The notes under the pieces were generated by a model. It saw only the letters and a list, made by a program, of their open reading frames with translations, ran no database searches and was not told the origin of the DNA. Source: Candidatus Levyibacteriota bacterium (GTDB taxonomy: Bacteria; Patescibacteriota; Microgenomatia; Levybacterales; UBA12049). From it: a stretch of DNA of 31,211 nucleotides. Shown here piece after piece: positions 1 to 7,553 of this stretch (within the stretch, counting starts at the first letter, position 1; each line of letters begins with the position of its first letter). A program made the translations under genes and the position numbers. The stretch lies in the NCBI GenBank assembly GCA_023245515.1, contig JAHFKE010000002.1, positions 1 through 31,211 on the forward strand, written 5' to 3'.

Positions 1-1
1 T

Positions 2-868
2 GTGGTGATCTCATCGGCCAGCTGGTACGTCACAAAAGGCTTTGGAACACGCGGAACATCAAAGTCCAAGCCAATTGAGATTTGCTACTGCCACACGCCT
101 CCACGATGGCTTTATGGGTATAGGACTTCAGTTGAATGGCAGAAATTCTGGCCGATTAAGCTATACGGTACGATCATCGGTCATTTTATGCGTATGTATG
201 ATTTTCAAGCAGCTCAAAAAGTGGATTATTTCATAGCAAATTCTGAAGAGGTGAAAGCAAGAATTGAGAAATTTTATAGAAGAGATGCGGAAGTAATCTA
301 CCCGCCGGTTTTCTTAGGAGAAAGGGAGAAGGGCAAAGAAGATAATAAGCGAGGGGATTATTACTTTATCGTTGCGAGAATTGTGGGTGCTAAGGGGCTT
401 GATCTGGCAATTGAGGCAGCAAGAAAGCTTAATCTGAAGCTGAAGATTGCAGGTTCACCAGCCGGCTACTACACGGAGCATAAAAAGCTTAAGCTGTTGG
501 CATCAGATGGTGTCGAATTTTTGGGACACGTGATTGATGAAGAGTTGGTAAGACTTTATTCGGGGGCGAAGGCTTTTCTTGCTCTGGCCACTGATGAGGA
601 TTTTGGTATCACACCTGTTGAGGCAATGCTCTACGGCACGCCTGTTATTGCATATCATGGGGGAGGGTATAAGGAGACGGTGATTGACGGCAAGACAGGG
701 GTCTTCTTTCATGAATCCAATGTCGACTCATTGATCGGTGCGATTAAAAAGTTTGAAAAATTGAAAATCAATCCGAAAGACTGTCAGAGGCAGGGGGAGA
801 AATTTTCGAAGGAGAAGTTTATAAAAGAGATAAGGGCTTTTGTTGCGCATGCAGCATCTAAAGCGTAA
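2..868 (+). CDS. Glycosyltransferase family 4 (GT-B fold), 5'-truncated by window edge
   Basis: YCHTPPRWLY, FIANSEEV, ARIVGAKGLD and EDFGITPVEAMLYGTPVIA match the retaining GT4 signature (E-x7-E). Confidence 0.9.
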   Translation: MVISSASWYVTKGFGTRGTSKSKPIEICYCHTPPRWLYGYRTSVEWQKFWPIKLYGTIIGHFMRMYDFQAAQKVDYFIANSEEVKARIEKFYRRDAEVIYPPVFLGEREKGKEDNKRGDYYFIVARIVGAKGLDLAIEAARKLNLKLKIAGSPAGYYTEHKKLKLLASDGVEFLGHVIDEELVRLYSGAKAFLALATDEDFGITPVEAMLYGTPVIAYHGGGYKETVIDGKTGVFFHESNVDSLIGAIKKFEKLKINPKDCQRQGEKFSKEKFIKEIRAFVAHAASKA

Positions 869-1478
869 TACCTCTCAGCTCAGCCTCGGCTTGAATAAGC
901 TTCTCAATAAGCTTGGCTCCTTGTAAATCTATTCCTTCGAGATCTCCTATAGCGTGAAGTGTTCTATCTTCGCTTTGATCAAACCCAGGGAGAACACGAT
1001 TACCTCTCAAATCGTGAAAGGCGCTATCTGTTTCAAAAGCAAGATCTGTTGGGTCATCCATATCTGGAGAGAAGGAAATATCACGGGTTACCCAGATTTT
1101 GCCCTTTGTCAGTGTCGGTCTGAGAATTCGACCGCCTCTTATCTTTGTGACATTGTCTACTTCCCGAAGATAGCGAATACCGAAAGACAGTGATTCTGGA
1201 TAGGCTTCTGTTTCCGTATCAACCTCTTCAAGAAAAGATAATGAAGCACGGTCGAATTTACGATACAAATCAGCCTTCATAAGAGAATGAGTATCGAAAG
1301 AAAGATACGATACCTTGGGATTGCCTGGAATAGCTGGGTCAAAGTCCTGCTCGTCTGGAGCTTGTGTGACGAGGCTCTTGCCTAGTCTGTATATCTCGGT
1401 CAACTCATCTCTGAAATCTTTTTCGTAGGTAGGGTTAACGATTTGATTAAAAAATCTATCTTCATGCCGCTCTGTCAT
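858..1478 (-). CDS. Hypothetical protein (about 206 aa)
   Basis: Long ORF filling the gap (track 858..1502). ATG at 1478 preferred because a TATTAT -10-like box lies 6 nt upstream. No recognised motif. Confidence 0.65.
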   Translation of the reverse strand: MTERHEDRFFNQIVNPTYEKDFRDELTEIYRLGKSLVTQAPDEQDFDPAIPGNPKVSYLSFDTHSLMKADLYRKFDRASLSFLEEVDTETEAYPESLSFGIRYLREVDNVTKIRGGRILRPTLTKGKIWVTRDISFSPDMDDPTDLAFETDSAFHDLRGNRVLPGFDQSEDRTLHAIGDLEGIDLQGAKLIEKLIQAEAELRGITL

Positions 1479-1506
1479 GTGGAAATAATACCATGCAGGC
1501 ACAATT

Positions 1507-1536
1507 TTGGCAAATTTGAGTTGGGAAATGTATAAT
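1507..1536 (+). promoter_or_regulatory. Sigma70-like promoter for mutM (probably leaderless)
   Basis: TTGGCA(1507)-18 nt-TATAAT(1531), 7 nt before the ATG at 1544; no SD sequence. Confidence 0.55.
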
Positions 1537-1543
1537 ACCTTCT

Positions 1544-2380
1544 ATGCCTGAGTTACCCGAAGTAGAAACTATTAAAAGAGGTTTGGAAAAGCATTTTGTC
1601 GGATGTGTCATAAGCGACGCTGAAGTTTTATCACCCAAGATTTTGACAGGGGACGTAGGGAATGTAATAGGTACTACAGTTGTTGCTGTGAGGCGCTTTG
1701 GGAAAGGGCTAGTTATTGATCTTAATAATGGCTATAGTATGGCGGTTCACGTGAAGATGACAGGGCAACTTATTTTTAAAAGAGTATCGAGAGTATCAGG
1801 GGTATCAAGTGTTCTTCCGAAGCATACGCATGTGGTATTTGAGTTGAGAGATGGAACAGGAGAAGATGCATACCTCTACTATAACGACATTAGGAGATTT
1901 GGGTGGATTAAGATCGTAAAGACGGAAGATGTAGGGCAGATGCCATTTTTTAAATCTCTTGGTCTTGAGCCCCTCAAAGATTTGACCCAAAAGAAGTTTG
2001 AAGATATTCTCAAACTCCACAAAACTCCCATCAAAACCCTCCTTATGGATCAGTACAAAATAGCAGGTATTGGTAATATCTATGCTTGTGATGCTCTCTT
2101 CCAGGCTGGCATTTATCCAGTGCGCAGTTCATTATCTCTGAGTAGGCAGGAGGCGCAAAGACTCTTTATTGCAATTGAAGAAATTCTTAGCAAAAGTATT
2201 GCTATCGGGGGCGCTTCGGCAAATAATTATGTCAATGCGTTGGGTGAAAGAGGAGCGTATCAAGAACATTTCCTTGTTTATAAAAAAGAAGGTAAGGCCT
2301 GTAGAAATTGTAATAGTCCCATTTTGAGAATAAAAACAGCTGGAAGAAGTACATTTTTCTGTGGTATCTGTCAAGTCTAG
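1544..2380 (+). CDS. mutM: Formamidopyrimidine-DNA glycosylase / AP lyase
   Basis: N-terminal MPELPEVET, RRFGK, H2TH motif LMDQYKIAGIGNIY, C-terminal Zn finger CRNC...RSTFFCGICQ. Confidence 0.97.
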   Translation: MPELPEVETIKRGLEKHFVGCVISDAEVLSPKILTGDVGNVIGTTVVAVRRFGKGLVIDLNNGYSMAVHVKMTGQLIFKRVSRVSGVSSVLPKHTHVVFELRDGTGEDAYLYYNDIRRFGWIKIVKTEDVGQMPFFKSLGLEPLKDLTQKKFEDILKLHKTPIKTLLMDQYKIAGIGNIYACDALFQAGIYPVRSSLSLSRQEAQRLFIAIEEILSKSIAIGGASANNYVNALGERGAYQEHFLVYKKEGKACRNCNSPILRIKTAGRSTFFCGICQV

Positions 2381-2410
2381 CTTAGCCTCATTTTTCATAC
2401 TAATAGCCTA

Positions 2411-2419
2411 TGATATACT
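2411..2419 (+). promoter_or_regulatory. Extended -10 promoter element (TGnTATACT)
   Basis: TGATATACT, preceded by TAGCCTA as in the rRNA promoter at 29634-29649; upstream of the small-ORF cassette. Confidence 0.5.
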
Positions 2420-2643
2420 CTGCAAGTAAATAAGCTGATCGTAAAGCCAAGCTAAGTTGCTGCTTGGGGTTTATGGTCGTGGCTGATTTTGAATTGGTCA
2501 GGCACAATACTGCGCCTGACTTCCCGGGTACCATCCGGCACCCGGTTCGCACTTTGACAGTTTTGGAAAGGAGGTTAGACAATAATTTAGGTCTGGGTTT
2601 CAGAAGTCTTCAGGCGCCAGGAATTGGCACGAGAGGAAGCGCA

Positions 2644-2829
2644 GTGATCCAAGGGGTAGGAGAATTCCTTACACCCGCTGAGGCCGCACGATTTCTTGGG
2701 GTTAGCGTACAGATGGTACGTCTGTACGTCAAAGCAGGCAAGCTCTCGAAGCCCGGGCGCACCCCTGGTGGTCATAGCCGCTACAAGATATCAGAACTCA
2801 AGGCTCTGCAGGACAGTTCGCAGCCCTGA
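2644..2829 (+). CDS. Small BldC/MerR-like (HTH_17, excisionase-type) DNA-binding protein, 61 aa
   Basis: FLTPAEAARFLGVSVQMVRLYVKAGKL..RTPGGHSRY follows the BldC/Xis pattern LTPAEVA...KAGKL..RTxGGHRRY. GTG start with SD GAGAGGAAG at 2631-2639 (track ORF 2464..2829). Confidence 0.8.
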   Translation: MIQGVGEFLTPAEAARFLGVSVQMVRLYVKAGKLSKPGRTPGGHSRYKISELKALQDSSQP

Positions 2830-2846
2830 CCCTCAGAAGGAGTGGT

Positions 2847-2954
2847 ATGGCAGTACGAAGAGTATGGTATTCTCAGCGATGGCTGAGAATCACAGCCGAA
2901 AGAACGACCACGTTCTGGAGGATCTGGATCAGTCGACGGAAGCCCTGTAGCTAG
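2847..2954 (+). CDS. Putative 35-aa Arg/Trp-rich peptide MAVRRVWYSQRWLRITAERTTTFWRIWISRRKPCS
   Basis: Below the ORF-track cutoff. SD AGAAGGAG 5 nt before the ATG; directly follows the HTH gene. Confidence 0.4.
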   Translation: MAVRRVWYSQRWLRITAERTTTFWRIWISRRKPCS

Positions 2955-2972
2955 CCTCGAAAGGAAGTTCCT

Positions 2973-3077
2973 GTGAGTAAGAAGTCTTTCTTGATCGCCT
3001 GCTTCAGCGTCGGCCTGATCATCGGCAGCACAGAGGCTGTATGGCGCCGCTTCAAGCAGCAACTTTCCAACAACTGA
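2973..3077 (+). CDS. Putative 34-aa single-TM peptide MSKKSFLIACFSVGLIIGSTEAVWRRFKQQLSNN
   Basis: SD-like AAAGGAAG before GTG; basic N-terminus, hydrophobic core, basic C-terminus. Confidence 0.5.
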   Translation: MSKKSFLIACFSVGLIIGSTEAVWRRFKQQLSNN

Positions 3078-3127
3078 ATAAGTGCTTAAAGGGCACGACA
3101 TAGTGATAGATATAAAAGAGAGATGCG

Positions 3128-3147
3128 ACAGCTTATGCTGTTTTTTT
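3128..3147 (+). terminator. Possible intrinsic terminator
   Basis: ACAGC-TTAT-GCTGT stem-loop followed by a T run; the stem is short. Confidence 0.4.
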
Positions 3148-3250
3148 GCTTGCGACGTTTGTCGCCTCCTCTTTTCTATTACTCCCTGTTGTGTCCTTTT
3201 CGCCATTTTTGTTGTTTTTCTGTCAGGTTTGGAGTATAATGATCATTTAG

Positions 3251-3961
3251 ATGGGGAATAAACACGGTAGAAAGCGGATCGTTATTTCAGTGGGCGGCTC
3301 TCTCATTGTTCCAAATGGGGGAATTGCTAATGAATTTCTCATTAAATTTAACGAGTTCATACGAACCCAACTGGCGCAGAATCCTGAACGCCAGTTTTTT
3401 TTGGTCATAGGGGGTGGCTCCACTGCTCGTCAGTATAGAGATGCGGGTCGTGAGATCGTGGGACATGAGCTTACCCATGAAGATCTTGATTGGCTCGGAA
3501 TCCATGCAACGCGCCTCAACGCCCACCTCGTCAGAACCGTTTTTCAAGACATCGCTCACCCATACATCATCAAACACTATGACATCATCCGCAAGGTGAC
3601 AGAGCCTGTTGTTGTAGCCTCAGGTTGGAAGCCAGGATGGTCTACTGACTATGACGCGATTCTTCTTTCTGAAGATTACAATGTGGATACGGTTATCAAT
3701 TTAAGCAATATCTCCAAGCTCTACGACAAAGACCCCAATAAGTACGCAGACGCCAAGCCAATAGACAAGATTAACTGGAGCGATTATAGGAAGATTATCG
3801 GAGACGAATGGACTCCCGGAATGCACGCGCCATTTGATCCGATTGCTGCCAAAAAGGCGCAAGAGCTTGGCGTCAAGGTAATCGTGATGTCAGGCAACGA
3901 CTTTGAGAACATCGACAACTATTTCAAGGGTAAGGAATTTGTGGGAACGGTGATAGAGTAA
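3251..3961 (+). CDS. pyrH: UMP kinase, archaeal-type
   Basis: VISVGGSLI, VIGGGSTAR, DWLGIHATRLNA, GWKPGWSTD, APFDPIAA are typical of the archaeal/CPR UMP kinase subfamily. Confidence 0.93.
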   Translation: MGNKHGRKRIVISVGGSLIVPNGGIANEFLIKFNEFIRTQLAQNPERQFFLVIGGGSTARQYRDAGREIVGHELTHEDLDWLGIHATRLNAHLVRTVFQDIAHPYIIKHYDIIRKVTEPVVVASGWKPGWSTDYDAILLSEDYNVDTVINLSNISKLYDKDPNKYADAKPIDKINWSDYRKIIGDEWTPGMHAPFDPIAAKKAQELGVKVIVMSGNDFENIDNYFKGKEFVGTVIE

Positions 3962-4041
3962 GACCTAAGACTTCAGACGTAAGACGTAAGAAGATTTCTC
4001 TATGTAAGTCCTAAATCTTGAGTCTTAAATCCTACGTCTTA
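3959..4041. repeat. Inverted pair of heptamer tandem arrays (TAAGACG x5 / CGTCTTA x5, degenerate)
   Basis: taagacc taagact tcagacg taagacg taagaag (3959-3993), then agtccta aatcttg agtctta aatccta cgtctta (4007-4041). Confidence 0.85.
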
Positions 4042-4048
4042 TATCAAC

Positions 4049-5110
4049 ATGATTTTACGCTCCATTTCTCTTCAAAATTTCCGCAGCTATACGAAAGCAG
4101 AATTTGACCTCGACCCGACCCTCACAGTTGTGGTGGGCCCGAATGCAATAGGGAAGACAAATTTGGTAGAGGCGATTATGCTGCTTTCTACAGGAAAAAG
4201 CTTTCGGACGGATAAGGAGAAGCAGCTGATTCAATTTGGGAAACCAGCCGCTAGAATAAAAGGGAAGTTATCAGACAAGGATAGCAATAGTGATGAGCTT
4301 GAACTTGTTGTTTCTGAAAGCCCTAAGTTTGTTGTGCAGAAGAAGTATTTGGTGAATGGGGTGTCCAAGAGGAGAGTAGACTTCGCAGCTCATTTACCTG
4401 CGGTGTTGTTCACGCCTATGGATCTGGATATTGTGGGTGGACAGCCAGGGGTGAGGAGGAGGTTTCTTGATGATGTGCTTGAGCAGTCGGATATGGATTA
4501 TCGGCTTGCCTTGAGCCTCTACGTGAAGGCGCTTCGGCAGAGGAACGCGCTTTTAGATCAAGTGCAGGACTTGGGTGTACGGGATGAAGAGCGATTTGCT
4601 TATTGGGACAATCTGCTTATTAAGAACGGAGGCATTGTGACCAAAAAGCGGGAAGAGCTCATCGAGTATATTAATGCGAAGAAGAAAAAGATGTTTCCTT
4701 TTGTTCTCGAATACGATAAGAGTGTTATGTCCCGAGAGCGGCTTTTGCAGTATAAAGATGCAGAAGTAGGGGCGGGGGTGACACTAGTCGGACCCCAGAG
4801 AGACGACGTCATAATCAGGTCCCAGAATGAGAGTTCAGGAGAGCTAGAGGAAGTTAAATACTTTTGTTCAAGAGGTCAACAGCGTCTTGTAACGCTTGAA
4901 TTAAAACTTTCGCAAATTTCCTTTATAAAGGAAGGCACAAGGGAGGATCCATTACTTGTTTTAGACGATATTTTTTCTGAACTAGATAGCATCCATATAA
5001 GTGAAGTGTTGCAAATGAGCAGTGGTTATCAGACCATAATTACGACAACGCACAAGGAATTTATAGACGATCTACCACTAAGTGGGGGGAGTGTGGTAGA
5101 GTTAAAGTGA
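4049..5110 (+). CDS. recF: DNA replication and repair protein RecF
   Basis: LQNFRSY, Walker A GPNAIGKTN, RRRFLD, GPQRDD, SRGQQR signature, Walker B LLVLDDIFSELD. Confidence 0.96.
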   Translation: MILRSISLQNFRSYTKAEFDLDPTLTVVVGPNAIGKTNLVEAIMLLSTGKSFRTDKEKQLIQFGKPAARIKGKLSDKDSNSDELELVVSESPKFVVQKKYLVNGVSKRRVDFAAHLPAVLFTPMDLDIVGGQPGVRRRFLDDVLEQSDMDYRLALSLYVKALRQRNALLDQVQDLGVRDEERFAYWDNLLIKNGGIVTKKREELIEYINAKKKKMFPFVLEYDKSVMSRERLLQYKDAEVGAGVTLVGPQRDDVIIRSQNESSGELEEVKYFCSRGQQRLVTLELKLSQISFIKEGTREDPLLVLDDIFSELDSIHISEVLQMSSGYQTIITTTHKEFIDDLPLSGGSVVELK

Positions 5111-5204
5111 ATTTTCAATTTTCAATTTTCAATCAATACCACAATTTCTAAATGTTTGAAAATTAGATCATTGAAAATTCAATGAAAATTAGAAATTGAA
5201 AATT
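5110..5204. repeat. Inverted heptamer arrays (AATTTTC x3 / GAAAATT x4 plus AGAAATT)
   Basis: aattttc x3 at 5110-5130; gaaaatt at 5158, 5173, 5184 and 5198, agaaatt at 5191. Confidence 0.85.
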
Positions 5205-5213
5205 AAACTAATT

Positions 5214-6083
5214 ATGCAAGAATTCAACCCTGACTCATTAAAACAACTCTATATTCCGCCTTCCGGATCTCACAAAGGGCAGAATGGGAAGCTTATGATC
5301 ATCGGCGGGTCACACTTGTTTCATGCGGCATCACTCTGGTCGCTTCAGGTAGCAAGCAAAGTTGTTGATATGGTATTTTACTCCTCAGTTAATGAGAATA
5401 ATAAGATCATTCAGAAATCAAAAGAAGAGTTTCGTAATGGCATTGTTGTGCGTCGTCACGATCTAGAAGATTACATCAAGGAGGCTGACTGCGTCCTCAT
5501 TGGGCCGGGGATGGTGCGCGCTTCGGAAGGAAGCAAGAAGCAAGAATTAAGAATTAAGGACATGGGAGATATTGAAAAGATTGAGGACGAAGGATTACAG
5601 ACGTATTATTTGACGAAATATCTGCTTGAGAAATATCCTGATAAGAAGTGGGTTATTGATGCGGGGGCTTTGCAGATGATGGATCCGGAGTGGCTATTAC
5701 CACTGAAAGGGAATGCCGTTCTGACGCCGCATCCACAGGAGTTTGAGAGGGTGTTTGGTGATAAAGAAGTTGGGGAAATGGCCAAGAAATATAACTGCAC
5801 GATTCTGCTTAAGGGAGAGCAGGATATTGTCTGTTCACCCGGTCGGTGCGTGATGGTCTCAGGGGGCAATGCAGGAATGACCAAGGGTGGAACTGGAGAT
5901 GTTCTGGCAGGGCTTGTAGCGGCTCTAGCGTGCAATAACGAGCTTGAGCTGGCAGCAGTAGCTGGAAGTTATATTAATAAGAAAGCAGGCGATTCACTTT
6001 TTGAAAAGGTCGGCTACTATTTCAACGCTTCAGACTTGGCTAATGAAATACCTGTAGTGATGAAGCAACTCCTCACCAAATAA
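5214..6083 (+). CDS. nnrD: ADP-dependent NAD(P)H-hydrate dehydratase (YjeF C-terminal domain)
   Basis: HKGQNGKLMIIGGS, IGPG, VIDAGAL, LTPHPQEF, GNAGMTKGGTGDVLAG. Track start 5196 is a TTG inside the repeat, so ATG 5214 is preferred. Confidence 0.92.
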   Translation: MQEFNPDSLKQLYIPPSGSHKGQNGKLMIIGGSHLFHAASLWSLQVASKVVDMVFYSSVNENNKIIQKSKEEFRNGIVVRRHDLEDYIKEADCVLIGPGMVRASEGSKKQELRIKDMGDIEKIEDEGLQTYYLTKYLLEKYPDKKWVIDAGALQMMDPEWLLPLKGNAVLTPHPQEFERVFGDKEVGEMAKKYNCTILLKGEQDIVCSPGRCVMVSGGNAGMTKGGTGDVLAGLVAALACNNELELAAVAGSYINKKAGDSLFEKVGYYFNASDLANEIPVVMKQLLTK

Positions 6084-6123
6084 ATTATTGTCATAAGGCT
6101 TATAGTGTGATATAATCACTCCC

Positions 6124-6801
6124 ATGTCACGTTTTGATGATTTTGATGCTTCCTTGCGGGAGGAGGCTGCTTTTAGAGCAGACGCAGAGACTAGAAGGAA
6201 AAGGGCAATTGCCGATGCAAGAAATTCTCCGGCTATGGCAACCCTTCTTCAGGGGAGTTTCGATGTTTTCGGAGAATGGTACACAGGGATAATTCGTCCG
6301 AGGACAGATTTGCAGTTGGTTCCAAAGATAAAAGAACAGCTTGAGCCCATCTCTAGTAAGCTTACAGAAGATCATTATATTTATCGTGCCAACTTGGTTC
6401 CTCCCCTTAGCGAACTACCTGCTCCACATAGTGTAGGAAACTTTCCGAGTTTTCATGAGGAAGGAGAAATTACAGGGTTTGACTGGAATCCTAATGTTGC
6501 CTTGCAACTTACTACCAAAATGGTAGGACACTATGATAAGCAAGGGGAAATAGTAGGATTTGATGGGAGAGTCGCTATGCTATCTTGGGGGATTAGCGAG
6601 CGCGAACAAGATGTCTTGTCACTACCCGATCTCTATGTAGAAAATGTAGACCTTGGATGGGAAAAATACGGCACTTCTATCCAGATTGTGGGAAATATGG
6701 AAAATCCCGATGCGACAACAGACAACGTAGTTACCGCATTGAAGCTAATAACTCCAAATGTTATAAATCATAGGGACATTATCCAAGGACGAAGAAGATA
6801 A
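6124..6801 (+). CDS. Hypothetical protein (225 aa)
   Basis: Long ORF with TGATATAAT 7 nt upstream of the ATG; no recognised motif. Confidence 0.7.
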   Translation: MSRFDDFDASLREEAAFRADAETRRKRAIADARNSPAMATLLQGSFDVFGEWYTGIIRPRTDLQLVPKIKEQLEPISSKLTEDHYIYRANLVPPLSELPAPHSVGNFPSFHEEGEITGFDWNPNVALQLTTKMVGHYDKQGEIVGFDGRVAMLSWGISEREQDVLSLPDLYVENVDLGWEKYGTSIQIVGNMENPDATTDNVVTALKLITPNVINHRDIIQGRRR

Positions 6802-6902
6802 GAAGCGCGAGCTTGTTATCTCTTGAGTATGGACGTATGTAGCTAGATAGCTCATTCCTCTGAAAAAGATTTCATGCACCACTTTGGGGATCCACTAGGG
6901 GT

Positions 6903-7169
6903 TTATGTCTTAGAGGATCTAATTAGTTTGGAGAGCTGATAGGTGACAAAGACTGCGATGGCTGTCACAAGCACTGCGTAGATCAAGAGAGAGAGAACTC
7001 CACCTTCCTGAGGAAGCCACTTGGTGATATAGACTTTAAAGAATTCCTGAATCACATTATTCCATGCAAGAGCTGCGACCAATCCAAATCCGCTTGTTGA
7101 GAGGGTGATCATCTGCTTGATCATTTCAGTTTGCAGTCTTTTTTTCTCCTCACGTATCTCCTTATTCAT
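6903..7169 (-). CDS. DUF5654-family small membrane protein
   Basis: TLSTSGFGLVAALAWNNVIQ plus a second TM helix (LLIYAVLVTAIAV); extended -10 TGATATAAT 6 nt upstream. Confidence 0.8.
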   Translation of the reverse strand: MNKEIREEKKRLQTEMIKQMITLSTSGFGLVAALAWNNVIQEFFKVYITKWLPQEGGVLSLLIYAVLVTAIAVFVTYQLSKLIRSSKT

Positions 7170-7181
7170 AGGAAAATTATA

Positions 7182-7487
7182 TCACAAGTTCATTCTTACG
7201 ATCGTTTCCCGACGTATTTCGACGATCCAGTTAACATCCGGAACTAGTTTGGTAAGACCTTTCACTATTCTTTGTTCCCGTAATCTTTGTTGGGCTGCGT
7301 TGATTTTTGCGTTTGAGTCACTATACACATTGAATGCCGGGCGGTAACTTATCTCGTGGATTTTGAGAAATTGTTGGTATGCATCTACGCCGTGGTCAAA
7401 AAGTCTTTTGGCAAGATCATGATCTTTGATCGCTTGAGGATAATGGTTGGGCCGCTTCTGACGTTCTTTTGGCTCCTGCTCTGTCAT
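7182..7487 (-). CDS. Hypothetical protein (101 aa)
   Basis: ORF with TGCTATACT 6 nt upstream of the ATG. Confidence 0.65.
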   Translation of the reverse strand: MTEQEPKERQKRPNHYPQAIKDHDLAKRLFDHGVDAYQQFLKIHEISYRPAFNVYSDSNAKINAAQQRLREQRIVKGLTKLVPDVNWIVEIRRETIVRMNL

Positions 7488-7553
7488 AAGACGAGTATAG
7501 CACTATAGGAGATTGGATTTTGCAAATGAAGCAGCTTGATATAAAATAGAAAG

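Noticed and set aside
2480-2500. gtggctgattttgaattggtc resembles the tmRNA 5' end
   Set aside because: No matching T-arm/CCA 3' end or tag reading frame downstream.
2781-3206. 141-aa minus-strand ORF over the small-ORF cassette
   Set aside because: Antisense to SD-led ORFs, low-information composition, no motif.
3959-5204. Repeat arrays as CRISPR
   Set aside because: Units are 7 nt, contiguous and degenerate, with no unique spacers and no cas genes.
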